A DNA stretch of 57,758 nucleotides, counting the filler, from Dugesia japonica (Eukaryota): assembly GCA_001938525.1 (NCBI GenBank). It is 4 parts of 4 records of this genome, joined end to end, with 100 filler letters (N's around TTAATTAATTAA, not from the genome) between each part and the next. Parts side by side here need not be neighbours in the genome. Positions count along the whole stretch, not along the records: positions 1 to 25,179 come from MQRL01588203.1; positions 25,280 to 34,167 come from MQRL01465330.1; 2 more parts are not named here. The stretch is one strand, 5' to 3'. The notes under the pieces were generated by a model. The model was not told where the DNA came from. It worked only from the letters and a program-made list of their open reading frames with translations, and did no database searches. The position numbers and the translations under genes were made by a program. Shown in pieces: positions 16,138 to 28,400 of this stretch; position 1 is the stretch's first letter, and every line of letters begins with the position of its first letter.

Positions 16138-16224
16138 ATGGAGATAGCCGCTCAAGTCCGTCAGATGAATTTGTTGATGTATCTGGGCCGTTCAAAATTG
16201 AACAATTGCAGCAATATCGTTTAG
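16138..16224 (+). CDS. Candidate internal exon of an unidentified gene
   Basis: GC-richer island bounded by tttctag| and |gtaaat; 87 nt, phase 1/1; reads GDSRSSPSDEFVDVSGPFKIEQLQQYRL. Phase-compatible with the exon at 23966. Confidence 0.5.
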   Translation: MEIAAQVRQMNLLMYLGRSKLNNCSNIV

Positions 16225-17799
16225 GTAAATTATTATCCAAATAAAGTATTGGAAATATGTAAATCAATCCAATAAGTATTTAAATCAATTTATAATCCAT
16301 TCATATATTATTATATTCCATATATAAAGTAATATAATAAATATTAAAATTTTAAAAATTCTTAAAATAGTAATTTTTTCACTAATTCTACGAAAATTTT
16401 AATTTTTACACTTCATAATTCTGAATTTGTTCTACTGTATAATATTTTATGATAATTTCGATTGTTATTTTATTAATACGTTAAAATAACTTTAAACTTC
16501 ACCAATTTTTAAAAATGAACTCATCAACTTAACTTATAGAGTAATAACATAATTAAAGCTATTTTAATGAAACCTTAATAATTTTAAATATTTTATAATA
16601 TCAAGAAGCTGCTGTGTTTTATATTTAATAATACATTCGTTTCACGTTTTTCTTTGATTAGTTAATGTTTGAAATTTGTTTAATTACTCTTATTTTTAAT
16701 TTTACAATATAGAGTTATTCGAAACAATTGAAAATAGATTTATAATGATAAAAAATAATATAAAAATGTGCTACTGATTTATATTATAGGTTGAATGTTC
16801 TTAATTGTGTTCTTGACCAGCTCATGAATTTTTAATAACAATAAATAAACAATATTGTTAAAGTCATTCTGGTTATTCAGGTTAATTAAAAATCATTCTT
16901 TATATTTACTAATTGCTTAATTGTGAAATAAATTTTGAATTTTTCACAACAAAATAGTAACTGCTTTTAACAATGGATTAAAGGAAATCAATATTCATGG
17001 CCTATTAAAGTCGATATAAGTTGCAGAAATAATTTTTAAAATAGAAATTATTCATTTTTATATTAGAAAAATATGAATAATTTTGTCATGAAATGCAATT
17101 AAAACTGATTAATTAAAAGTTAAAAGCAGCAATTATTCTTAGAATATTAAAATAAAATATAATTGAAATTTACTGGCAAAATGGAATCGCGTTTGAATAA
17201 TCAGTGGTTTTAGAAAAGATAAATGGTAAATATTAAACCGATGTAAGGCATTTTTAAAAAATATATACATATTAACAATGGGTTTTTTATTAACGTTTTT
17301 CAAATAAAAGTTGCAAGTTAATAAAATCATTGTTAATTGTAATTGAACAATAATTGTCGTTTTTATAATAGAGATTTTAGTTACACGTATTATGTATAAA
17401 AATTTATTTCATCACTACATATTAGCATCTATTATTAATAGTACTATTTTTGTATTTATTATTTAAATGATATATTTTTCATTGTAAATACAATGGTCTA
17501 TTTTTTTCAATAAATTATTTGATGTTTATTTTGAGACAATATAGTGATTTCAAAATATATAACAAAATAAAATTAAAATTGATCTTTTCATTAAAAATTT
17601 CATTGAATAATGATAAATAATCAAAGAAAAATGNNNNNNNNNNNNNNNNNNNNNNNNNNNNNNNNNNNNNNNNNNNNNNNNNNNNNNNNNNNNNNNNNNN
17701 NNNNNNNNNNNNNNNNNNNNNNNNNNNNNNNNNNNNNNNNATGGATCATGGACTCTTTCCTCTTCATATTTAAACTCTTGTGAGAATATTCAAAGTTTG

Positions 17800-18550
17800 A
17801 ATTTGTTACTAAATAAAAATGGATATTGTAAATAAAATATGGAAAAATTAACTTAAATTAAATTATTATAAAAATAATAATGAAAATAAAGGGGTTGATA
17901 AGAATGGTATTAATAATTTAAATGGAGAAAGTATTATCAAAGTATTATCTATCAAATAAGATTGATAAGTTTATTTATGTATTAACTATTCTATATTCTG
18001 AAGGATTCAAATAGTTTAAGAGCAGGTTGTTAAAATATAGAAATTACTCTTTTAATTTTAAAGTGGTTTCACAGTATTAAAAAATCATAAATATTTTTAC
18101 TAATAATTCTAAAACACTAATTCAGTTGTGTTCTGATCTTGTTTTTTAAAAATAAATTTAATGAGTGTAATACCACATACATTGGAGAGACTTTCCCTTA
18201 TCTCTGTACAAGAATTCAGGAGCATCGTCGAGTTTGTAGTGGAAGTAATACTGCTGAACATAATAATAGTTGTAAATCAGTTTTTAGTATAAATAATTTT
18301 AAAAATGTTGTGCAGAAAATTTAAAGATTATTGGGAGAGANNNNNNNNNNNNNNNNNNNNNNNNNNNNNNNNNNNNNNNNNNNNNNNNNNNNNNNNNNNN
18401 NNNNNNNNNNNNNNNNNNNNNNNNNNNNNNNNNNNNNNNNNNNNNNNNNNNNNNNNNNNNNNNNAAAACTTCTAATATATAAGAACTTTTAAATAAATTA
18501 ATTATTATATCTGAAGATGACAAATGTTCCGTCGAAACATGTTATAGAAA
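17800..18550 (+). mobile_element. Penelope-like element (PLE) 3' remnant: RT thumb/linker, GIY-YIG endonuclease and hammerhead motif
   Basis: Decayed frame LLNKNGY...LTILYSEGFK...KVVSQY*KIINIFTNNSKT, then ECNTTYIGETFPYLCTRIQEH (the C..YIGET..L..R..EH signature of PLE GIY-YIG). Hammerhead core follows at 18511. Confidence 0.85.
18503..18550 (+). ncRNA. Minimal type I hammerhead ribozyme motif (PLE-type)
   Basis: CTGAAGA-T-GAC-aaatgttcc-GTC-GAAA, then palindromic ACATGT stem III; weak stem I (ttatat/atagaa). Lies downstream of the GIY-YIG remnant. Confidence 0.75.
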
Positions 18551-21500
18551 AACTATATTATGAAATTGAGTTTAAAAGTTATCAATGATAAATATCTTCG
18601 TAATATTTGGTGTTAACTGTTTATAATTTATTACATATTTATTAAAATACAAGATAGATTATATCAAATAAACTTCATAATATTATTAGTCTTCAATCAA
18701 AAAAAATCCAATTTTCTAATATAAATTAAACAAAACCAAATTTCTTAATAATACAATAATTAGACATGCAATAATACAATATGCAATATTACAGTAATAC
18801 CATAGTATTATGTAATAATACAATTGTATTATTTCACAATACAAAAAATTAAATAACAAATTAAATTTAAATATACTCAATATTATATAAGGAAATTACT
18901 TCATACAATGAAATATAAATATTTCTAATTCGATAAATCTTCTGTAGCATATAATACAAAAATTCCGCAAAATATCGATAGTTAAAAGTGTCATTAAAAA
19001 TATTTTTCAAATACCACATTAACTTTCACGTTTTTAAAACATCTGAATATTCAAACAATAGTTTTAAAACAAAACCACATTCTCTCACATTTAATTTATT
19101 TACAATTATAAAAATAAGAAATACCACTGAAAATTATTCATTTGAACTTTTCGTTATAATAATAATAATAATNNNNNNNNNNNNNNNNNNNNNNNNNNNN
19201 NNNNNNNNNNNNNNNNATTATTATTATTATTATATTTTTAAAATCATCGACATATTATAAATATTTGATGAGTTTTAAAATTAATCTCTAACTACTTAAA
19301 TATAACTGGATATCTTATTTTTATATATTATATAAATTTAATATTATTGATCATTTTTATTTATATAATATTTATACAATTAGCATATCCCTTATCTGTA
19401 AAATCTTTTGAAATAAAGTGATCTGTGCATATTTAATAACAATATGTATTGATAATATGAATTTTTTTCGTATTTCTTTGAAGTAATTTTGGAATACAAA
19501 AGTAACTGTTATTTTATAATTTACAAAATGAATCATTAGGATATAGTATTTCTCAAGTACTGGAGGCCTGTAAGTGTCTTTAACAAATAACTTGCTGATA
19601 TTAAATTCTTGGTTCATTATTGATTTGAAATAATTTTTTAAAAAATTTATAAATAAATTTTCTTTAAAAACATTTTGTGATTTTTATACTTTTCAGTAGA
19701 TTTAGATGTTAAATATGCTAACTCCATATATCACCACACGGNNNNNNNNNNNNNNNNNNNNNNNNNNNNNNNNNNNNNNNNTTAATTACCTGTTTGTGAA
19801 ATTATGTGGTGAAATATAGTTTAAAGATTGAATATGATAATTTATTACATAATTATTACATTACAATAATTTTTTGCAATTAAAATTTGCTAATTTTCAA
19901 CTAAAAACAAAATATGTTTTGCATAATACTTTCTCATGATTTTTGAGTTTTAAAAAATTTAAATTTTGGTAAATGGTAAAATATTTCATATTAATATTAT
20001 TGCATAATGAAACACATTAAACTATCAACCATATTAAATGTTTAATATTTTTTTCATATATTAATTGTGAGGAAATATTAATAAAAATAATGTTTTAAGC
20101 TAATGTTGACATAATTAAATTTAGTTATACAATTACAATTATTGCGATAATATTTGCTGGACTTAACTATTGATCACATTTTTAAAATGTCAATAAATTA
20201 AAAAGCTTANNNNNNNNNNNNNNNNNNNNNNNNNNNNNNNNNNNNNNNNNNNNNNNNNNNNNNNNNNNNNNNNNNNNNNNNNNNNNNNNNNNNNNNNNNN
20301 NNNNNNNNNNNNNNNNNNNNNNNNNNNNNNNNNNNNNNNNNNNNNNNNNNNNNNNNNNNNNNNNNNNNNNNNNNNNNNNNNNNNNNNNNNNNNNNNNNNN
20401 NNNNNNNNNNNNNNNNNNNNNNNNNNNNNNNNNNATATGGTAATTATCAAATTTTATGTAAACTTTAATTAATTCTATTATTGATATTAGTGTATTTTTA
20501 TTCGATTTAACATTTTATTTTGTAAGTCTTTATTAATATTTGGTAATAGTTTTATAAGCGATTGTTACTTCATTGGTATTTTTTTTATAATATTTATTTA
20601 ATTCTGATTAATCTATATTTTCATTAAATTAAAAGCTTCGATCAAAATGTTTTGTTTTTTAATTTAAGAAATCTCGAATGCGATCAATAGTGTTAAGTTC
20701 AACAATTATTCATTGTTGGATAATAACCTAACTCAACATAATCATTGTTTGTTAAAATAATATTTTATATTCATTTATATTATTATTTTATATTAATCCA
20801 TACTTTTTTAATAATTTTGCGGAATTTAGCATAGGTGAAGACATTAAAGTTGTTGAATTATTTAAAAGAAAGAACATTTTTTTAAAATTTAAATTGATGT
20901 TGAATATAATTGAATTAGTTCTTAATGAAGTTTATGTAGGCCCAGCTCCTAGCATTGATAAAATTTGAATATTTGTAATGGATTATGTATGTTATAATAT
21001 AGTTATTATAAGGTAATATTAAAAAAAACATTTATTTTTAAAATTTTTAGAAAATATTTTTTAAAAAGTTTGCAAATTTTAAAACTGAAGGTGAATTAAT
21101 TGTGAAAAATTTTAACCAATTAATTTGATTTAACTAATTTTAATAAGATTGGCTCAATTTTTGGATATTTTATTTTATAAAATTATCCTTGGATTTAGTT
21201 AAATAAAATGTCTGAAATTAATTGTTTTCACATTAAAAATAAATTGTCTTTAAACTATTTTCCTAACAGTTACAATAATAACAAATAAATAAAAAAAAAA
21301 TAATAACAACAACAATAATATAATTTTAAGAATTGAAAGGTTTGTTTTAAAAAAGAGGATTTACATTTTTTGTATATTGAGACGAAATTTATTAAAAGGA
21401 TATTTATTAAATATTTCAAATTAAATCATTAAAAAATATGTAAAATAAATATTAAATATTATTGTAAACAAATGTTTAAAGAAGACAAATTTTTAAATTT

Positions 21501-23965
21501 AAAATTTGTAATTTACAGTTTATAACAAATTTATAATTTTAATTCGTAGTTTATAAATTCTATATTTTTTATGTATTAAAAATTGAAATGGTTTTACAAA
21601 ATAATTAATATTAATTATTTTTGAGTTTTTGTCAAATTTTTTAATATTTAGCTTGCAAATTATATATACCTTTACATTAATGAATTAATAAACTAATAAT
21701 TTGGAAATGTTAACAATTTCAAATATAAATTTTTTTAAAATGACCAATTTGTATTCTTTGTTTTTTGTATTGCCTTGTATTGTAATAAATGTTGTTAATG
21801 AAAAGTGTTGGGCTTATGAATTCAAAAAGGAGTGTAAAAAATAATAATAATGATAATAAAATTCTTGGAAACCACTTAAAAAATATTGCAAATCCCTTAT
21901 TTAATAGTATTCGTCTTTTTTTAAGAAAAAACTTCGCCTTAACAGTTTTACAATTATTTAATTTAAAAATTAATCATAAAAAATAAGTTTAATTATTTTA
22001 AGTTATTAGGTAATTGGTCATTACTCTTTATTTCATATTATGAAAGCTTTTCATTTTATTATGGAATGACAGTTGAGTTGCAGAATTTATTAAAAATATT
22101 TTCAATAAATGAAAAACATAATAATTTGTAAAATCTCATCATTAAATCTATTAGTTTAGTGTGAAAAAGAAAATTTTGGTAATCTTCACTAAACTGAAAA
22201 GTAGTTGAGAATTTTAAGAGTGGTCTATTACAAGCTGGTTAATTTTTAAAGCTTCATCAAGTACTTGATTTAAAACGTGAATTTGCCCTGTTTTATCAAT
22301 TTTACAAGCAGTTGTCAAATTATAACAACATTAAATTTCGTCGTTTTTAGAATTTATTTCATTTAAATAAAATTTTATATTTCTTGAAGTAAAAAAAACT
22401 TTATAAGGCATTCAAAATTAGTAGCGTAATAGAATTATCAATTTCATTACTTCATTAAATTCGAGTAACAGTATTGCATATTCAATGACGTAAATTAATC
22501 CTTATGCAAAAATAATTTATTTAAGAAAATTTGAATTTCTGTTTGTAAATATCCTCTAGTAAAAGGATTAAAGTTTTAATTTTGTCATACTTATATTCAT
22601 ATGTTGCATTTATTTTTCCAGATGTCTATGTTCCAATATATACCTTTATTAACAACTTTATTGCTTTTTATTTTTTAAATTTGATTTAAATAAACTGATT
22701 TCAAAATAAAAAGAAAATTCGTTAATTTATTTCATGATTTGTATTTTACAATAAATATTTTTTTGTTTGCAGTTTCAATGTCACAATCATTTAAAATTTA
22801 CGCTTTAATAATGTCTCATTATATTTAGTATTTTTCTTTTAATTATTATTTTCTAAACCATGTCTGAGGAAACCATTGATGATTTCAATGCAGAATCAAT
22901 ACCGTATGATGTAATTTGTCCTGAGAATTTCTATCTAGTCACATGCAGTTGCTTCAAACACGAGGAGCTAATAGTAGTATGTGAGGTTTATTCGTCATTA
23001 TCATGGGAAAAAGAGAAATTTTCATTTAATAATATTCAGGAAAATCCGATTATTTTCATCCACTCAGGTCTATTTCTTTTTTTAAGTTTCTGTCAAATGA
23101 TGAAAACAGCTTCGTGTGCTTCGAAGTCTACATCTCTTATTCGTGTGTTTGTGTGAATTTATTTGTTATACCTCAATTTGTGACTCAATTTTAATCGTAT
23201 CAAGGCACAAGTTCAACAAGATTTCCTGAATTTTTTTTAATTATCCATATTTCTACATCTGTCAAAATAGATGCTTTTTTCCTCGCATTAATTATCGATC
23301 GTATTGGTGGATTTTATTTTTCTAATAACAATCATAATAATTAATAACTATTATTATTTTTTTTATTTTATCGACTTATCTCTTAATATTTTTACGTTTT
23401 CTTGTTTTGGCTTTGTGATTTATAGATAAAATATAAACAAAAGTATAAAAGTAATTAATTTGATATTTTTTGTTTAAATATCCTAACTGCAATATATTTA
23501 CGAATATAGTTAATTTAAAGCGTCAATAAATAAGCGTTCAATTAAAAAAAAAACCTTTATAAAATTAATTTTAATTTCAAAACAATCAAAATTTTTTTTA
23601 CAGCGTTTTCCAGATGTTATGCAATTTATTTTTAAATAAATTAAAATAGTTCTATTTCTTAAACTTTGCTATAAATTATTGATAATAAAAGAAAAATTAT
23701 TCTCATTATATAAAGTAATTAAATATTTTTCTCTGAGGTGTAGATTTTTCTTAACCTAGTATTTGTTTTTTTTTTAAATGAAGCATATGATAATATCGAT
23801 GCAGAAGTTTATAAAGATGTATATATCTAATTAATCAAAAATAAATCGAAGTGAAATAAGGAATGTTGGATTCTGAATTTCCGAATAATAATTTTTAATA
23901 AGATTTCTGTAATTATATTTTTATTATTTTTTATTTGTTAATTGCTTTTTTCTTAACAATTTCAG

Positions 23966-24069
23966 AAGAACTCAGACCGTGTGAACAATCAATGGGTAAA
24001 CTCAATTCTAGTTCAACAGACATCAATCTGCTAGATACATATCCATTATTGAAAAATTATTATCCTACG
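23966..24069 (+). CDS. Candidate internal exon of an unidentified gene
   Basis: Long polypyrimidine tract and ttcag| acceptor, |gtatat donor; reads (E)ELRPCEQSMGKLNSSSTDINLLDTYPLLKNYYPT. Starts in phase 1, matching the 16138-16224 exon. Confidence 0.5.
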
Positions 24070-24759
24070 GTATATACATTTGATATATACATAAATATAT
24101 ATAAAAGTTATATATATAAACAATTATGAATTTTTGGAACTAAAATATCCAAATTTGTAATTTTAATATTTATTTAAATTGTAATAAGAACTTAAATGGG
24201 AGTTTAATGTCGATTTCAATTTAAATGAGAACTTATTAATATAAACAAACGTTTTAACTTAAAAATCGATATAAAAATCACATAAATCAATAATTATGAT
24301 ATATTTAGTAATAAAAGTTTTTTCTTTTATATTTTCCTTTTGTTACATGGGGAACAGGCAGACATGATCGTGCATTTAATTTTTATTTTTGAATTAAAAG
24401 AAGAATGAAAGGTAATAATATTTTACAACACAAATCGTGTCAATTTTAAAATAAAATGAATTTTTTTAAATTTCATAAACTTTAATATTGAAATCTGTTT
24501 AATAGACAAGAAATTAAGTTCAGATAATACATTTATAATACGTTTTAATACGTTATCGAAATTTATAATACAATTATAAATTATAAAAACAATCAATAAG
24601 TGTTACAATTTTGTAATATGAATTTAAATGTTTTTTTTCTAATAATTTTCAAATTTTAGATTTAAATATTTCTTATTTAACTTAAACTTAAGAAAATAAT
24701 GTTGATTTATAACCTTTATTTTATAACTCAAATAAGTCATATCAAAATAATATTTAATT

Positions 24760-25179
24760 ATTGAAATAATACCCATTGTAATTGATACATACTTGTCAAC
24801 TGGAAATAAGTTGATTTATTCCGGTAGTATAGAATTCCATTGTCCTGAACTCAATAAACTGTTTGGAGACATTTTCTGCACATTGATTATTAAAAATTTC
24901 ACTTTGCAGGAAAGTACTCGAGATGTTTAAAAAATGATAATCCGTAGATGATAGATCAGGCAATATAGTGGAAGCTTCAAAATTTCCTACCACAACACAT
25001 GCATCTTTCTTATCGTCATTGGTTCAACGTTTGTTTGGGAATTGTCACAAATATAATAGGATCTACTTTGTTGACTTTTACTGGACGAAGGTTTTTGCAT
25101 TTTTGATGCATCTTATTGATTTCCTGGCAATACTTATCATTTGTAATTATTTCTCTAGAAGTCAGAAAGTCATAATGAA
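24760..25179 (-). mobile_element. Mariner (DD34D, Hsmar1/cecropia-like) transposase C-terminal remnant
   Basis: PDLSSTDYHFLN...FLQSEIFNNQCAENVSKQFIEFRTMEFYTTGINQLISS*QVCINYNGYYF matches the mariner C-terminus PDLSPTDYHFF...FYATGINKLISRWQKCVDCNGSYF. Confidence 0.85.
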
Positions 25180-25279
25180 NNNNNNNNNNNNNNNNNNNNN
25201 NNNNNNNNNNNNNNNNNNNNNNNTTAATTAATTAANNNNNNNNNNNNNNNNNNNNNNNNNNNNNNNNNNNNNNNNNNNN
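25180..25279. other. Artificial scaffold spacer (44 N + TTAATTAATTAA + 44 N)
   Basis: The same 100-nt structure, with a six-frame stop linker, occurs three times in the window. Confidence 0.95.
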
Positions 25280-25289
25280 GCTAACTTAC

Positions 25290-25460
25290 ATTTATATTGG
25301 GATGATAGGTAAGTCTTGCATCACTTGTCAATGTTACATACTTTTTAGTTCTTTCTTTTGCCAATGTTTTATCCCCTCGCCTTTTGTATAATAATCCTTG
25401 TTTCAATGGAATTGCTCGACCAACACCAATTCCGTTAGCACTAGTTTTCTTTTCAGTTTT
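25290..25460 (-). CDS. AGAP1: AGAP exon 8 (N-terminal PH domain)
   Basis: [57 protein letters not shown]; donor |gtaagt just before the gap. Confidence 0.92.
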
Positions 25461-28400
25461 CTACCATAAAAATAGATTTCATTTTTAATTACATAATTAC
25501 AAAAGCAAAAATCATTATAGGGTTCATTTTACAAAAGAAAATATATTTTGTTGTATAATAAAAAGCGAATAAGCCCAAATTAAAAAAACAAAAAAAATAA
25601 ATTATTTCTAAATAAGTTCACATAAATAGTAAATTATTTTGATATAATTAAACAGAGAGGAAAACTAGACATTACTAAATATCAAGCAATTTTTCCTATC
25701 ATACAATTCATAATAAGAAACAAACTGTGAAAACCATGACAACAGACTGACACACTAACACCAAAATTATAATAAAGAAGCGATGCGTGCGACTGACAAA
25801 TGACTATGAAAACTCACAAACAATGTGGAGCGCCTTCTCACTTTGCGTACTTGATTAGGAGTTCCAGAGGCAAAGTTATTGGACTTCTCATCTATTTCAA
25901 TATCCTACGGATGAAAAGAATGGAAAGTATTTAATTTTTATTATTTTCTTAATAAAATATATGAAATTCAAATCAAAATCGTACCTGTACAGACTGTTGA
26001 ACATTTGTTGATCCTTGGCCTGTTTTTTCACGTAATGAAACCGAGGTAGTTGATGATCTGTTGAATTGAGTGCTAGGAGGTGATGATGAGGAATGTTGAT
26101 GAAATGGAGCAGTTGACATACTGGGATCTGTGACTTTATTATTAGTATTCATTGACGTTTCATTTGGATTCGAACAGCTTATTGCTGTAAATGGATTTGC
26201 AATATTATTGTTCGTCGGAATCGGAGATGAGTTATTAGATGGTAACTGTTTCGTTTTCATAGTATGCTATAAAAACAAATCAAATGATTAACTTTTTTTC
26301 TAATGTTGTTGTACTTATTGAAACATGAATTGTAAAATTTTAAAACTCCATGTAACTTTACCATGAATAAAGTTATCCAACAGCTAATATTCATTTTAAT
26401 TCGTCCAATCATTTAAGGTGCTAAATTTTTAAAGTTCCATTTAATTGTATTAAATCAATATACCGAATGAATATCCATATTATTAAGAACAAATCAAAAC
26501 TGTCTATACATTTTCTAAAGGACTAGTAGTAGAAAATGGGTGCAAGTTGGTTCAACAAATTGATAAATACAAATTTCCTATGATAAATTCATGTTCAATA
26601 GAAATCAAAAGAAATATATAAATAATATAAAACTTGAATTTGCTTTCTCAGAACCAATAAGTATTACAACAATTAACGCTAATAAAAGTATTTAGATTAA
26701 TAATTACCGTGCAACGGTTATTTTACTAAAAAAACAATCAAATAACCTTGCTTGTTGCTTTCATAGTTCCAAAATTTTGAGTTTGAATAAATGACTGTGA
26801 CGAATCTCGAGTTGGAGGAATTGGGGGAGACGATACTACAGGATTATAAAATGTCTGCTGAGTATTGGTTAATTTGTTCATTAAACTTAATTGATTATTC
26901 GGTTTATATTTAGACATTGTTCCCATTCCAGAATTATTGAAAGGTTTTGACTGACTTTGTTGTTGATTTAATTGAGTCAAAAACGAATTTCCAATATTAA
27001 TTGGTTTTTGTTGAAGTCTCATTGAAACTTCGCGTTGGATTCGTCGAATACGTACTTGATCGAGAGAAATTGCTCCTTCTTGAAAAACCTTTTCAACATT
27101 TAAACCGTATGTGGCACACGTTTCATAATAGGCACTCATTTTTAAATCTGCAGCAAGTTTCCTGGCTCGAGAATCATCAATAACTCGGGGATTCGATTCA
27201 CTTATATAATCTAAAGTAAACATAATATTAGTATTTAAATTAATAAAATGTAATAATAAATTTTAATAAGACTTAAACTTTAAAGCTTTCCCAAAATCTT
27301 ATTTAGCGTAATTTAATTAATGATTTCATGTTATTATTATTACTATTTGATATTTGAGAATTTAATCAAAATAAAACAGTGTCCCAATATTACTATTAAA
27401 CACTAAACATACTGTAACCGGTCAAATGAAAGATTTTGAACTTTTGGATTGAAAATCAATATATCATCTTATCGATTTTGCACATTTGACTTCATGACTT
27501 TTTCTATTAATTATATACAGTTAATATTCTATCATTATTATTTTTTTGTGTTTTGTTTATTTTAAGTAATACTTGTCGTATACCATTATCTATCACAACC
27601 GGTCATTTAACCGAAAGAAAATTTCTGCATTTTTTCAAAATAACTGTGAATTAAAATTTCAAGTATCAAAATTTTAGATTGAAAGTAGCATTTTAGTGTA
27701 AGAAAAGGTAACAAAAACTGAAAGTTTTGTTAAGTAGCTTATATTTTATTTTGATAGCTTTACCCCATTAGTAATACAGGTCATTTTTTACTCAGAAAAA
27801 TGTCGAAACAATCAAGACAGTGCAAGTTCTTAGAAGATATAAATGTATGGCGAAGAGTTTTCGGAAATTGATGAGATTGAATGTACAGATACTGACGATG
27901 AAGATGAAAATATTGTGAATATATGCCGTGGACGAAAAAGAATACTCTTAAGTTTTGAAGAGAGAAAAAAATGAACAAAATGTTGCGAATGATGGATCGG
28001 TTTGGAAAGAAATACAAATAGGTAATATATAAAAAATATAAAATAACACTTCATAACATTTTCAGGCAAGAAGTAGGCCCAACAGGTTATGCAAGACGTC
28101 ATATAACGAAAGGTAAAGTTAGGACTGCATTTTCGTTGATAGTTGACCACTGTGTTATGAACTANATAAGAACATGCGTAATAGAAGAAGCAAAAAGAGT
28201 GTTAGGAACCGATTGGAGAAATTAGATGCATTTATTGTATTTTGTATGCACGAGCTGCATATGGAGCAAATAATTTGAAAGTTTCTTTTTATATGGAATA
28301 ACATATGGGGGCCTAAATTTTTCTCAGAAACTATGAGCAGAAATAATTTTACAGAAATTTTTAAATTTATCCGTTTTGATAAAAAAAAGTTAGCGGAGCC

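Noticed and set aside
20820-20990. Possible mitochondrial insertion
   Set aside because: Translation with a mitochondrial code gave no recognisable OXPHOS protein.
22860-23156. 98-aa plus-strand ORF as a host gene
   Set aside because: No recognisable domain or convincing splice or regulatory context; kept only as unassigned decayed DNA.
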